Virus record (IMG/VR): IMGVR_UViG_3300030099_005700
Coordinates: 1 to 59,846 of that record
Source of the DNA: a virus
Taxonomy: Duplodnaviria; Caudoviricetes
Length of the DNA: 59,846 bases
Strand: one strand, 5' to 3'
The position numbers and the translations under genes are program-made. Numbering within the stretch: the first letter of the stretch is position 1; each line of letters opens with the position of its first letter. The notes under the pieces are model-generated. The model saw only the letters and a program-made list of their open reading frames with translations, did not search any database and was not told where the DNA came from. Positions 1-8,743 of the stretch are shown here, piece after piece.

Positions 1-68
1 CAAATCGATTGTGTCGCTTTGCCAGCGACACATCAAGAAGCTAGAAGACAAAGCCTAACCCTAACCCT

Positions 69-106
69 GTCCCCCTAACCCTGAAAAGGGTTAGGGGGAC
101 TTTTTT
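69..106 (+). terminator. Rho-independent terminator after ORF 58912-59529
   Basis: 14-bp stem GTCCCCCTAACCCT / AGGGTTAGGGGGAC with a GAAA loop and T6 tail, directly after the TAA at 56-58 (=59527-59529). Confidence 0.9.
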
Positions 107-148
107 GTGCCCTCGTCCCTGCATGGGGGCGCGGGCATTATTGTTTTA

Positions 149-208
149 GTCCGCGTGTCAGTCCGCGTGTCAGTCCGCGTGTCAGTCCGCGTGTCAGTCC
201 GCGTGTCA
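149..208. repeat. 12-bp tandem repeat x5 (GTCCGCGTGTCA)
   Basis: Five exact copies read directly. Confidence 0.95.
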
Positions 209-271
209 AACGTTTTACCAGATTCTCGTCAAACGTTTTACCAGATTCTCGTCAAACGTTTTACCAGATTC
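205..271. repeat. 23-bp tandem repeat x~3 (GTCAAACGTTTTACCAGATTCTC)
   Basis: Copies at 205, 228 and 251 (last truncated); each carries the AAACGTTT core. Confidence 0.95.
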
Positions 272-335
272 CCCGATCCCTGAATCCTGAACCCCGATCC
301 ATGATCCCTGTATTATTCAAAGACATAATTAAACC

Positions 336-373
336 CTCGTCCACACCTCGTCCACACCTCGTCCACACCTCGT
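336..373. repeat. 11-bp tandem repeat x3+ (CTCGTCCACAC)
   Basis: Three copies plus a partial; the right-end copy continues differently. Confidence 0.9.
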
Positions 374-423
374 TTATAGACCATAACTCGTTGAAACTAA
401 ATTTGTTACATAAAAGAAAACTA

Positions 424-452
424 TTGACAAAACCCCCTTTATTTGGTATAAT
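424..452 (+). promoter_or_regulatory. Early sigma70 promoter
   Basis: TTGACA(424)-17 bp-TATAAT(447) with an extended TG; GTG start at 462. Confidence 0.9.
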
Positions 453-461
453 GTATATACA

Positions 462-1214
462 GTGAGAGAAGAACCAAAAACAAAAACAAAAGCACTGGCC
501 AACGAGCCAGTCCAACAAGCGTTGGATTCCGGTAAAACGTTTGACAGCTTGCCATCCCCTGCGAGACACGTTGAGCAAGCGCATCTCGTGGGAGTGAGCC
601 CCCACCTCCCCAAACGCCCCAAGCAGGGTGGGAGGCGCGGCAAGCTCACCGCCCAGCAAAAGTGGCAACGCTGGGCCAGTATGCTGAGTAGGCCTGCTGC
701 TGCTAGGGCATACTACGCCAAGCACCACAAGGATATTGACTCCATCCGGCTCCATCCCAATGAGGTCTGGGCTAACACTCCTGTTGAGAAAGAGGAAGTG
801 TCAGACCCCCTCGAAATATACGAACACGCCATGAGAGTGTGGCGCGCCGCGTGTCGTAGGCGGCGCAAGCTGATTGCTCACGGGAGCGCGCTGATGGCGA
901 AGCGCGGTGGTTTCAAACGTTTTATGGAACACTGCGAAAAGCATCCAGATATTTATGAGCTTGCAGATGGCAAGCTTGCAGCCGTGCGACCCGCCCCCAA
1001 GCAACCGGAGGAGCCAGAGGAGGCCCGCGTCGCGCCGCCTAAGCTGGATGGCCGGACAGGATTCAGGAAGCAGGCTTCCAAGAAGACCAAGGCCCTCACA
1101 GATATCCAGAAGCGCATGGCAGAGGAGAAGCGCAAGGCGGAGGCCGCGAAGGAGGAGAAGCCGCGCCCTGTGATGAAGCACCACACCACACCTAACCCTT
1201 GGCTCAACCGTTAA
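462..1214 (+). CDS. Hypothetical basic early protein
   Basis: 250-aa ORF directly after a consensus promoter; its stop lies in the palindrome. Confidence 0.7.
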   Translation: MREEPKTKTKALANEPVQQALDSGKTFDSLPSPARHVEQAHLVGVSPHLPKRPKQGGRRGKLTAQQKWQRWASMLSRPAAARAYYAKHHKDIDSIRLHPNEVWANTPVEKEEVSDPLEIYEHAMRVWRAACRRRRKLIAHGSALMAKRGGFKRFMEHCEKHPDIYELADGKLAAVRPAPKQPEEPEEARVAPPKLDGRTGFRKQASKKTKALTDIQKRMAEEKRKAEAAKEEKPRPVMKHHTTPNPWLNR

Positions 1215-1223
1215 ACGTTTAAC
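1210..1223. promoter_or_regulatory. Palindrome GTTAAACGTTTAAC
   Basis: Perfect 14-bp palindrome recurring at early gene junctions. Confidence 0.75.
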
Positions 1224-1308
1224 ACACAACAGAAAATGAAACAGATACACACAGACAAGCCCGATGCAGCAGAAGACCAATCTCTAGTAAAACAACAGAA
1301 ACAAAAAC

Positions 1309-1569
1309 ATGATAATGTCACAAGAGCAGCGCGATGCTAACCGCGCCAAGAGAATGGTAGAGTTGGAGGATCAGATCCCCAATATTCTGCGTTGTGTGGA
1401 GGTGCTGAAGCAGCATTGCCACACACTGAGTTACATTGAGAGTCTCGATGATATCAGAAACCTGCTGTCTAAAATAGCAGAAGCTGAGGAAATCCCCTTT
1501 GCCCTTATCATGTCTATTTACAAACATGATTTCTGGGAGTCGCATTATCGGGGGGTTAGAACTAGTTAA
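1309..1569 (+). CDS. Hypothetical protein
   Basis: 86-aa ORF with an A/C-rich leader; stop within the palindrome. Confidence 0.7.
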   Translation: MIMSQEQRDANRAKRMVELEDQIPNILRCVEVLKQHCHTLSYIESLDDIRNLLSKIAEAEEIPFALIMSIYKHDFWESHYRGVRTS

Positions 1570-1578
1570 ACGTTTAAC
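1565..1578. promoter_or_regulatory. Palindrome GTTAAACGTTTAAC
   Basis: Exact copy of the junction palindrome. Confidence 0.75.
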
Positions 1579-1650
1579 ACGTTCCCCACTGCATCTCCCC
1601 TGTTGGGTGGGTGCAGAGGGGAGTGTATTAGATATACACCACACAGAGAA

Positions 1651-1806
1651 ATGAAAATGAAGTTGCTATTGCAAGCGATAGACCTCCCGCCAGCGGAGGC
1701 AGATCACTGCGAGGTGCGCCAGTCTACCCAGACCTTGGCCATCACCGCAGAAGACATGGTGGATCTCACGATCCATGAACCCCTGACCCTGAACCCTGAG
1801 TCATGA
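1651..1806 (+). CDS. Small hypothetical protein
   Basis: ATG at 1651 (MKMKLL); ATGA overlap with the next ORF. Confidence 0.5.
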   Translation: MKMKLLLQAIDLPPAEADHCEVRQSTQTLAITAEDMVDLTIHEPLTLNPES

Positions 1807-1985
1807 GCCTCGAAGAACTAATCAACAAGAAGTGGGACAAGGACGATCAGTCCAATCTGTCCATCGAGGAACGCAAGGCTAATGCTGTTGACCTCATCAG
1901 CAAGAAGCCTGAGCCAGTGCAACCTGCACCCTTGGCCCCGTTCCGTGCAGCCCTTGAACAAGCATTCGAAAGGAAGAAGTCATGA
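1803..1985 (+). CDS. Small hypothetical protein
   Basis: 60 aa, ATGA-coupled on both sides. Confidence 0.65.
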   Translation: MSLEELINKKWDKDDQSNLSIEERKANAVDLISKKPEPVQPAPLAPFRAALEQAFERKKS

Positions 1986-2356
1986 GCGCAACATTCTATC
2001 CTGCCAAGCAGGAATCGGAGAAGGCGTGGACCTTTGTGGAGGTTCCCTATGAGGTGAACCTCAGTAACTCCAACACACGTTTCGTGTTGGAGGCATTGGG
2101 GTTGGACTCCAACTTTGAAGACGCACGAATCTCGCAATCGCGGGCGATCATAGATGATGCCAACGCAAAGGAACAGGACATCGACGACTTCATAGAGAGG
2201 TGTCATGTGGTGCTGCGTGGTGGTATTCCTGATGGTGCCTCGCACATATCGAGGTCGAGCGATGAGGAAAGGTATATCCTCCACAAAGTAGCGATGCTCT
2301 TGGTGTCAGCTACATTGGGGGAACAGGGTGGGGCAACCCACTGGTATTTCGCTTAA
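1982..2356 (+). CDS. Hypothetical protein
   Basis: 124 aa, ATGA-coupled, stop inside the palindrome. Confidence 0.75.
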   Translation: MSATFYPAKQESEKAWTFVEVPYEVNLSNSNTRFVLEALGLDSNFEDARISQSRAIIDDANAKEQDIDDFIERCHVVLRGGIPDGASHISRSSDEERYILHKVAMLLVSATLGEQGGATHWYFA

Positions 2357-2365
2357 ACGTTTAAC
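2353..2365. promoter_or_regulatory. Palindrome TTAAACGTTTAA(C)
   Basis: Near-exact copy; starts a ~29-bp direct repeat also at 2799-2828. Confidence 0.7.
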
Positions 2366-2375
2366 AGAACAAGTC

Positions 2376-2810
2376 ATGAGTGAGAACAACATGAAACAAA
2401 AGATAGAGGAGATTAAGGAAGCGATGGTCGAGAGTCTGGCAGACATTATGCTTGGCGAGCGCATCCCCCTTGACTTCTTCCATGAGAAGACGGCGGAGAT
2501 CCTGTATCCCGCAAACAGGAAGATGACCAAGACGATCCTGCGGAAGATAGTTAATAACTATCGGTTCCTATTGATCGACCCTAGTCCAATTCGGAACAAG
2601 ATCCTTGAGGTCTTATACCCTTATGGGTTGCTCCTAGATGCCTACGATGCCCCGCCGCCTCCCTCGCACCAATACCCTTTGAGAAGGTTGAAGAGTATGG
2701 TCAAGCAGTGGAAGTGGGAAGAGGCGAACAACCACCACATCTATAGTGGGGATGCTTGGCGTCTCTTATTTAAGTTGATCAAGAGTGAACAGAACCAGTT
2801 AAACGTTTAA
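2376..2810 (+). CDS. Hypothetical protein
   Basis: Start revised to ATG 2376 (MSENNMK) after the palindrome. Confidence 0.65.
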   Translation: MSENNMKQKIEEIKEAMVESLADIMLGERIPLDFFHEKTAEILYPANRKMTKTILRKIVNNYRFLLIDPSPIRNKILEVLYPYGLLLDAYDAPPPPSHQYPLRRLKSMVKQWKWEEANNHHIYSGDAWRLLFKLIKSEQNQLNV

Positions 2811-2811
2811 C
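2798..2811. promoter_or_regulatory. Palindrome GTTAAACGTTTAAC
   Basis: Exact copy that supplies the stop codon. Confidence 0.75.
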
Positions 2812-2822
2812 AGAGACAAGTC

Positions 2823-3431
2823 ATGAGTAAAACTACAACAGACACAAGACCGTTGTTGCTCCCCGATAATCCCTGCATATGGGACTTCAAATCAGATCAC
2901 GCACCACGCGAGGATCGTAATCCCACAAGGATCATGCCGCCTGAGTTGAAGATCCTTTTGCCTAAAGATCATCCTTCAGTCATAGATGAGATGGAGGATC
3001 TGGAGAAGAGAAAGCGAAGGTGGAAGTTATCTAAAATAACCTCTCGTGTTTGGGAAGACTGGGAGTGGAGGGAAAGGAGTATAAGGAGATGTGGTGTGCT
3101 GGACTTTGTGGCCACTTACCTTCATAACGAGATTCAAGATATATGTGGCACCGACATATACCATCATGCAGATGGTGAGCTTGATCTTACTTTAGGTATG
3201 CACAAGGTAATCGTAGAGCATAATGGCAAAAGATATGACTGCGCTATACTGGTGTATCTATCTCCTGAAGGCGGGGGAGGTAGACCTCAGTATCGGTCCC
3301 TCGTAGTGCTGGAAGATAGGGCCGATGACCTATGGAGATTCCTAGACCTGCGACCACGCACCTTTGAACTGCAAGATGGGGGGTCAGTTGACCTGTTATG
3401 CCGACATAGACCAAGACGGTTACACATTTAA
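2823..3431 (+). CDS. Hypothetical protein
   Basis: 202-aa ORF in the early array. Confidence 0.7.
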   Translation: MSKTTTDTRPLLLPDNPCIWDFKSDHAPREDRNPTRIMPPELKILLPKDHPSVIDEMEDLEKRKRRWKLSKITSRVWEDWEWRERSIRRCGVLDFVATYLHNEIQDICGTDIYHHADGELDLTLGMHKVIVEHNGKRYDCAILVYLSPEGGGGRPQYRSLVVLEDRADDLWRFLDLRPRTFELQDGGSVDLLCRHRPRRLHI

Positions 3432-3493
3432 CCAAACAAGTTATGGAAGAAAAAGACACATACCAAAGGGTAGCACACAGGAGGACGAAGAGA

Positions 3494-3507
3494 GTTAAAC
3501 GTTTAAC
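3494..3507. promoter_or_regulatory. Palindrome GTTAAACGTTTAAC
   Basis: Exact intergenic copy, 11 nt before ATG 3519. Confidence 0.75.
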
Positions 3508-3518
3508 GAAACAATCTC

Positions 3519-4157
3519 ATGAAACAAAACAAAAGAAAACTGGACCTTGGTCCTAAGCGTTGGTTCCGCCGTAACAAGCGGAAGAAGCAAAGCATGGTAG
3601 CTCGCATGGCCCGCATGATGAATGACCTTGTAGACTCCGTTGTGCTCCGAAAGGGATTACCCAAACACGTAATAGAAATTACTGTGTGGGAAACCTGTCA
3701 CCGTAGCTCTGAGTATAGTGATTGTTCTGATAGCCCATTCAGTCATTCGCATGAGTTCTCTCAACAGGACTACGCACTCGAAACCATGTGGGTGGAGTAT
3801 GTAGAGAGATGCGTAAATTGGGAAAGGAACCCTGAAGCCTGTATGTCAGAGTTTGATTTCAAGACTGAACTCATAAGGCTAGGGGAAGTCGAGCACGGCG
3901 ACCAACCAGACCTAGGTATCTTTAGTCTTGGGGAGAAGACCTACTATGTAGATACCAAGACCCGCGCCCTGTATCGTTTTGCCGATATACTGGGGCAATC
4001 CCACGTTTACCATCGTCCGTGTGTCCATGATCCTAGTCATGCTGACCTCAGAAAGAAGGGCAAAGACTTCGGTAGTCTTGATCAAGTTCCGTATCCAGTG
4101 CTCAACCGCATGAGATCAGATGTTTTGGCAAGTGTCACTAGGTATATGGAAAGCTAA
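3519..4157 (+). CDS. Hypothetical protein
   Basis: 212-aa ORF. Confidence 0.7.
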   Translation: MKQNKRKLDLGPKRWFRRNKRKKQSMVARMARMMNDLVDSVVLRKGLPKHVIEITVWETCHRSSEYSDCSDSPFSHSHEFSQQDYALETMWVEYVERCVNWERNPEACMSEFDFKTELIRLGEVEHGDQPDLGIFSLGEKTYYVDTKTRALYRFADILGQSHVYHRPCVHDPSHADLRKKGKDFGSLDQVPYPVLNRMRSDVLASVTRYMES

Positions 4158-4169
4158 CCTGCAATAAAT

Positions 4170-4724
4170 ATGAAACAAGAAATAGAAACACTAGAGGTAA
4201 CTCTGTTCTTTGACAGATACCTGCCTGACAATAGGGCATCTGAACAACTGATGGATGACATCACCCAAGCAGTCGAGGATGCAAAGCCAACTGATGCAAC
4301 AAAGGACTTTCCTACTGCTGACGTTATCAAAACAGATGAAGGCCCTCTCTATAAGAGAGACTTCTCTTGCACGTTCGGGGCACCGAAACCACATGGACCT
4401 ATGTGGAAGGTGCGACTGAGATGGATACGGGATATCTTTCGGTTAAGCATTGGCTACCGTATGATTGACTGGCTCAAGTTCTGGGAGTGGGGGCCTTGGA
4501 TAAAACCAAGTTTCTCAACCTATAATAGAGTAAGGTGTGAAGTTACGATCCAAAGTAACTGGCTCTCTCAGTTTCTTGTGCAGGAAGGCAGGTGCCATCC
4601 TATTGAGGAGTTTGATGTGTATGCTCTGTATAAAGAGTTTAATAAGATCGAAGGCTTGTGTGGTATAGAAGCCTTCGGTTCTGCCGAAATGCCACTTCAC
4701 CCTGATGGAGAGGACGATGAGTAG
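4170..4724 (+). CDS. Hypothetical protein
   Basis: 184-aa ORF. Confidence 0.7.
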   Translation: MKQEIETLEVTLFFDRYLPDNRASEQLMDDITQAVEDAKPTDATKDFPTADVIKTDEGPLYKRDFSCTFGAPKPHGPMWKVRLRWIRDIFRLSIGYRMIDWLKFWEWGPWIKPSFSTYNRVRCEVTIQSNWLSQFLVQEGRCHPIEEFDVYALYKEFNKIEGLCGIEAFGSAEMPLHPDGEDDE

Positions 4725-4742
4725 CCAACCACTTAATGAATC

Positions 4743-5279
4743 ATGAATAATACATGCTACATCCTGCGCGGTTTACCGGGCACAGGTAAGTCCACGCTCG
4801 CTAGACTATTAAGCGCAGCCAATAACCCTGAATACTGTCTCGACAGGTTCTTTGTCCGAACCTTCTCTACTGATGACCTGTTCATCAATGAGGAAGGAGT
4901 CTACGAGTTCGATCCGTCGCTGCTAAAACAGCATCACGAAGAAAACTTGAGGCGGGCTATTGAGTTCTTCAACCTGCACCCACGACCGCACCAGACTCTG
5001 GAGGGTGAGCACTGGGTACAGATCGCCATCATTGACAATACAAACGTCCAGCACTGGGAGTATGAACCCTACATTACAGCCGCTGAAGAAGCAGGGTGGG
5101 ATGTGCAGATCATCCCGCTCGCGTGGAATTACTATGACATACCTGAATATGCAAAGAGGACAAAGCACGATGTGCCTGAAGAGGCGATCCGACGCATGGC
5201 AGACAGGTGGGAAGACCTCCCTAAGAAATACGTATGCTTGCGGAACTATAAGGGTAAATCATTACGCTCAAACGTTTAA
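4743..5279 (+). CDS. P-loop kinase (AAA_33 / polynucleotide kinase-like)
   Basis: ILRGLPGTGKST Walker A, STDD, IIDNTN and HDVPEEAIRRM motifs typical of this kinase group. Confidence 0.85.
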   Translation: MNNTCYILRGLPGTGKSTLARLLSAANNPEYCLDRFFVRTFSTDDLFINEEGVYEFDPSLLKQHHEENLRRAIEFFNLHPRPHQTLEGEHWVQIAIIDNTNVQHWEYEPYITAAEEAGWDVQIIPLAWNYYDIPEYAKRTKHDVPEEAIRRMADRWEDLPKKYVCLRNYKGKSLRSNV

Positions 5280-5281
5280 CC

Positions 5282-5449
5282 ATGAGTAGCCAACCACACA
5301 TACCCTACGTCACGTTAGATGGAGAGGAGATCCGTCTGGATAATGTCGAGTTCCTTAACATAGAGGAAGACTTTTACGGACGGGATCTCGTTACGTTTAA
5401 CTACGAAGGGGAAAGACACCAATCATATATCATACACAAACCACACTAA
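5282..5449 (+). CDS. Small hypothetical protein (55 aa, not in ORF track)
   Basis: MSSQPHIPYVTLDGEEIRLDNVEFLNIEEDFYGRDLVTFNYEGERHQSYIIHKPH fills the gap exactly. Confidence 0.7.
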   Translation: MSSQPHIPYVTLDGEEIRLDNVEFLNIEEDFYGRDLVTFNYEGERHQSYIIHKPH

Positions 5450-5451
5450 CT

Positions 5452-5721
5452 ATGAAGATAAGAGAGATAAAAGAAGAAGTAGAAAGCTGGGACTGGAACC
5501 TCAACATCTTTGAGATATACGATAAGATGAAGGAGGAGTTCACCGACGATGGTGGCCGACACCTGCTACTCAACTATGCATTTGAATACTACAACCATGA
5601 CCGAATGCTAAAGGAGTTAATGGATGCCCTTAACGTAGAAGTTGAGACGCAAGAAGCAGTACGGGGGTACTTCGGTATGCACCCGAACCGACCCGCAAAG
5701 CTGAAGCATATGCCCGCATAA
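5452..5721 (+). CDS. Hypothetical protein
   Basis: 89-aa ORF, tightly packed. Confidence 0.7.
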   Translation: MKIREIKEEVESWDWNLNIFEIYDKMKEEFTDDGGRHLLLNYAFEYYNHDRMLKELMDALNVEVETQEAVRGYFGMHPNRPAKLKHMPA

Positions 5722-5725
5722 ACAT

Positions 5726-5983
5726 ATGAGTGACCCAATAGACGTAAGACAATGGATGCCGTCGATACGGCGTATGGCCAAGCAGAAGCTACCCCTCGTC
5801 ATAGCGCAGGAAGAACTACGCAGGGAACGGGAGGCTACTAAGAAGCTAACCGATGAGATAAAACGTTTAGCTAAACGAGCACGAGAATGCGAGCAGGGGG
5901 CTACTGGTCTGTGGTTAGTGAACCATGCATCCTGTTTAGAGAGAATTGTATCTGAATATGAGAACAAAGATGAATCCCTTTAA
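5726..5983 (+). CDS. Hypothetical protein
   Basis: 85-aa ORF, tightly packed. Confidence 0.65.
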   Translation: MSDPIDVRQWMPSIRRMAKQKLPLVIAQEELRREREATKKLTDEIKRLAKRARECEQGATGLWLVNHASCLERIVSEYENKDESL

Positions 5984-6308
5984 GGGGAAAGTAGCGACAG
6001 CCGTCCTCGATCTATCAGACGAGAACGGGAAGCGGACTGGTGTGCAATACCACAATACTATTATTGTGGAGTTCACCGACCATGAGATAAAGCTGAACGC
6101 CACAGACCCTGATGGGGAATCGTGGCACACGCCTACAACCAAACTACGCATGAACCAAGTATCCCAACAATATGATCTTGGCTTCCATGTGTATCAGAAG
6201 TATGGGAGCTGGTGGGTTGAACCCAAGAGCCATGCCCATCAGAGCAGACCCCAGAAACCTCGTGGGGCAAGGATGCCCTACATTGATGGCATGACTATTA
6301 AGAGATAA
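5970..6308 (+). CDS. Hypothetical phage protein
   Basis: Probable start MNPFKG; contains YHNTIIV and WHTPTTKLRMNQ. Confidence 0.7.
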   Translation: MNPFKGKVATAVLDLSDENGKRTGVQYHNTIIVEFTDHEIKLNATDPDGESWHTPTTKLRMNQVSQQYDLGFHVYQKYGSWWVEPKSHAHQSRPQKPRGARMPYIDGMTIKR

Positions 6309-6313
6309 CTACC

Positions 6314-6553
6314 ATGAACCTAGAACAGCTAAAGGAACTCATTCACGGAATCGGAGACGACACACTCTGCGAGATGACAGGTGAGACAGGTCTGGCACCG
6401 GAAGAGAAACAGAAAATAGATGAAGCCATAGAAGGTTTGCGCGAAGTAGCACAAACGGCTTTGGAATTCATGCCGGAAGGTAACTCTATTATCGAGATAG
6501 TAGAGGCGCGTAATGATCTTATAGATGCTTTTAATTTATCTTATGATCAGTAG
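6314..6553 (+). CDS. Hypothetical protein
   Basis: 79-aa acidic ORF. Confidence 0.65.
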   Translation: MNLEQLKELIHGIGDDTLCEMTGETGLAPEEKQKIDEAIEGLREVAQTALEFMPEGNSIIEIVEARNDLIDAFNLSYDQ

Positions 6554-6560
6554 AAAAGTA

Positions 6561-6589
6561 TTGACAATATATACTTTATTTGGTATAAT
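6561..6589 (+). promoter_or_regulatory. Second early sigma70 promoter
   Basis: TTGACA-17 bp-TATAAT; shares TATTGACAA and CTTTATTTGGTATAAT with the promoter at 424. Confidence 0.9.
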
Positions 6590-6637
6590 ATATGGACAGT
6601 TGGGAAAGGTATCTCAACTGTTCATCACACACAAACC

Positions 6638-6657
6638 GCAGTTAAACGTTTAACTGC
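6638..6657. promoter_or_regulatory. Extended 20-bp palindrome GCAGTTAAACGTTTAACTGC
   Basis: Lies between the promoter and the first gene of the operon. Confidence 0.75.
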
Positions 6658-6680
6658 AAAAGTAGAAAGACACAGACAAA

Positions 6681-7586
6681 GTGCAAACAACAACACCACA
6701 CAGACAGGTCGTCCGCAAGACGGCGGAGCAGCAGAGGGAACAAAAGCAAGAGCCTAGTGGCCTCAGCATCGGAGCAACAATTAACATCTCCGCTTCGTCC
6801 TTCGACAAAAGAAGGAAGAACAAGAAAGGGGAAAGGGAATATGCTGAGAAGCATGGGACCGATATTGATGCCAACGAGATGACCACCAAGCTCATCCGCA
6901 AGGATTATCTCAAGCCGATCACCAGCCATGTGGCTAAAACAAGGGAGGGTATCAAGCATTACTCTTCACCTTGGGACGACGGTGGTAATCGTCGGGTCGC
7001 CCCGCTTATGATCCCCAAGCTCCAGAACTACGTTACCAAACGTAGGATGGAGTGGCAGGAGTTGGTAGATGAGTTTGTTGCCAAGTGGCCTGAGATCAGA
7101 AGCAATTCTGAACAGAGGCTCAATGGTGACTTCGCCAAGTTTGCCCACCTCTATCCAGCAGTGGACGACCACGATGGGGTTCGCCGGAACTTCAACCTTA
7201 ACATTACCTTTGGTCCGTTGGGTGGAGCAGAGGATCTCCCGCTTGACTTGCGAGAGACATGGGAAGAGGAGGACCAGCGCCGACGCGCTGAGATTTCTCA
7301 GGATCTTCGTGACAGGTTCTACGACAAGCTCACTCATCTCTCCAAGCGGTGCGCCGTAGCAGGTGATGAAGGCACACGGTTTGCCAAGTCTAACTTGGGC
7401 CATGTTCTGGAGCTTTGCGACATCCTCCCATCAATGATGATTGATAGTGACATGGAACTGCAAGGGGCCATTGATCAGGCACGACATATGCTGCAAGGCG
7501 TAGATGCCGACAGCATCAAGTCATCCAAGATTGTGGCTACTGACATCAGTCAGCAAGCCAAGGAGATTGCTAACTCTCTCATGTAA
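6681..7586 (+). CDS. DUF3150-like helical protein
   Basis: PWDDGGNRR, EFVAKWPE and LYP motifs; position upstream of an AAA + VWA pair, as usual for this family. Confidence 0.55.
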   Translation: MQTTTPHRQVVRKTAEQQREQKQEPSGLSIGATINISASSFDKRRKNKKGEREYAEKHGTDIDANEMTTKLIRKDYLKPITSHVAKTREGIKHYSSPWDDGGNRRVAPLMIPKLQNYVTKRRMEWQELVDEFVAKWPEIRSNSEQRLNGDFAKFAHLYPAVDDHDGVRRNFNLNITFGPLGGAEDLPLDLRETWEEEDQRRRAEISQDLRDRFYDKLTHLSKRCAVAGDEGTRFAKSNLGHVLELCDILPSMMIDSDMELQGAIDQARHMLQGVDADSIKSSKIVATDISQQAKEIANSLM

Positions 7587-7648
7587 CAGACAGTCGGGGG
7601 CCGCGCATCCGTTGATCACGCGGAACAAAAAAGTAGAAGCAAAACAAA

Positions 7649-8743
7649 ATGATACACGTTGAAATCACATCAGACGACATCCCATCCGTATTAGACCGTA
7701 ACCACAAGGCAGGAAATAAAAAGCCTCCTGTCTTTCTGTCCCTCTACGGATTGGGTAAATCAATGCAAGCCGCGTTATGGGCTGCTACAAAGGCGGCTCA
7801 TTACATCGACTATCGTGGAGCCTATAAAACGTTTAACGACATTCGTGGGTTCGGGATTCCCAAACACCCCAAGGAAGAGGGTGAGATAGGCCGGATGGAA
7901 TTCTATCCTGACGAAGACCTCGACTTCGTGAAGGGCATACTGAATGTCCTTCATCTGGAGGAGATTGGTTTGGTCAGTCCCCAGACCCAGAAGGTTCTCA
8001 TGCAGATGCTTCTGGAGAAGCGGGTGGGTAAGTTCTTCTTCCCTGAAGATACCTTCATCATGGGGTCGTCCAACATGCTCGCCCACAAGACAGGGGTTGA
8101 GCGTTGGCTGGCGGCATTGGCTGACAGGGTAGCGTTCTACCGCATTCGTCCTGACTTCGATTCATATCAGAGATACCTCATGGATCATGGTAAGACTCCT
8201 TATCTCTTGGCGTTCCTGAACTCCAACCCTTCTGCTCCTTATGATTTCAAGATCAAGGAGTGGGACGGTGAGTCTAACCTGCCTACCTTCAGGTCGTTCT
8301 CTCGACTAGATGAACTGACTGACAGTTACGATGACATTGCAGAAGCCGTGGCAGATCCTCTGTTCCGTGCCCATGCTACGTCTTGTGTCGGCCCTAAATA
8401 TGGGGAAATGTATACATCGTTCCTCAAGCTCACTAGCAGGGTAGGGGATGTAAGTAAGATGATCGAGGATGCTGATCGTTGCAGCATCCCGAATGAGCCA
8501 GACATCAAGTGGCTTATTGCATGCAGGTCTATTGCCCTAGCAGACGCAAACAACATTGCGAATGTTCTGGTCTTGGCGCACCGCCTGACAGACCCCAACA
8601 TGAACAACCCTAGTAACCTCGACATGATGGAGTCCTTCGTTGGCAATTCCCTCAGTCGCATCAAGAAAGACTTGCTTAAGACTCAAGCCCTCGTAGGGTG
8701 GAGAGTCAAGCATGCCGACGAACTCTCAGGAAAGATCAGCTAA
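7649..8743 (+). CDS. MoxR/dynein-related AAA+ ATPase (variant motifs)
   Basis: SLYGLGKS (Walker A), VLHLEEI (Walker B), MGSSN, ALADR and PTFRS; adjacent VWA gene. Confidence 0.8.
   Translation: MIHVEITSDDIPSVLDRNHKAGNKKPPVFLSLYGLGKSMQAALWAATKAAHYIDYRGAYKTFNDIRGFGIPKHPKEEGEIGRMEFYPDEDLDFVKGILNVLHLEEIGLVSPQTQKVLMQMLLEKRVGKFFFPEDTFIMGSSNMLAHKTGVERWLAALADRVAFYRIRPDFDSYQRYLMDHGKTPYLLAFLNSNPSAPYDFKIKEWDGESNLPTFRSFSRLDELTDSYDDIAEAVADPLFRAHATSCVGPKYGEMYTSFLKLTSRVGDVSKMIEDADRCSIPNEPDIKWLIACRSIALADANNIANVLVLAHRLTDPNMNNPSNLDMMESFVGNSLSRIKKDLLKTQALVGWRVKHADELSGKIS

Larger units (their letters stand above)
1..373. repeat. Terminal direct repeat, left copy (circular overlap)
   Basis: Sequence 1-373 matches 59472-59844 and diverges only in the last two bases, inside an 11-bp tandem repeat. 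Confidence 0.95.

Noticed and set aside
54-100. Telomere-like CCCTAA/TTAGGG repeats
   Set aside because: Only 2-3 imperfect copies, mostly explained by the terminator stem.
149-373. Repeat arrays as a CRISPR array
   Set aside because: Repeats are directly tandem with no unique spacers. The Cas4-like gene is a standard phage replication nuclease.
1941-1967. FRAALEQAF at the C-terminus of an early ORF, resembling the capsid tag
   Set aside because: Lacks the acidic position and lies in an early gene; may be a chance amphipathic helix.
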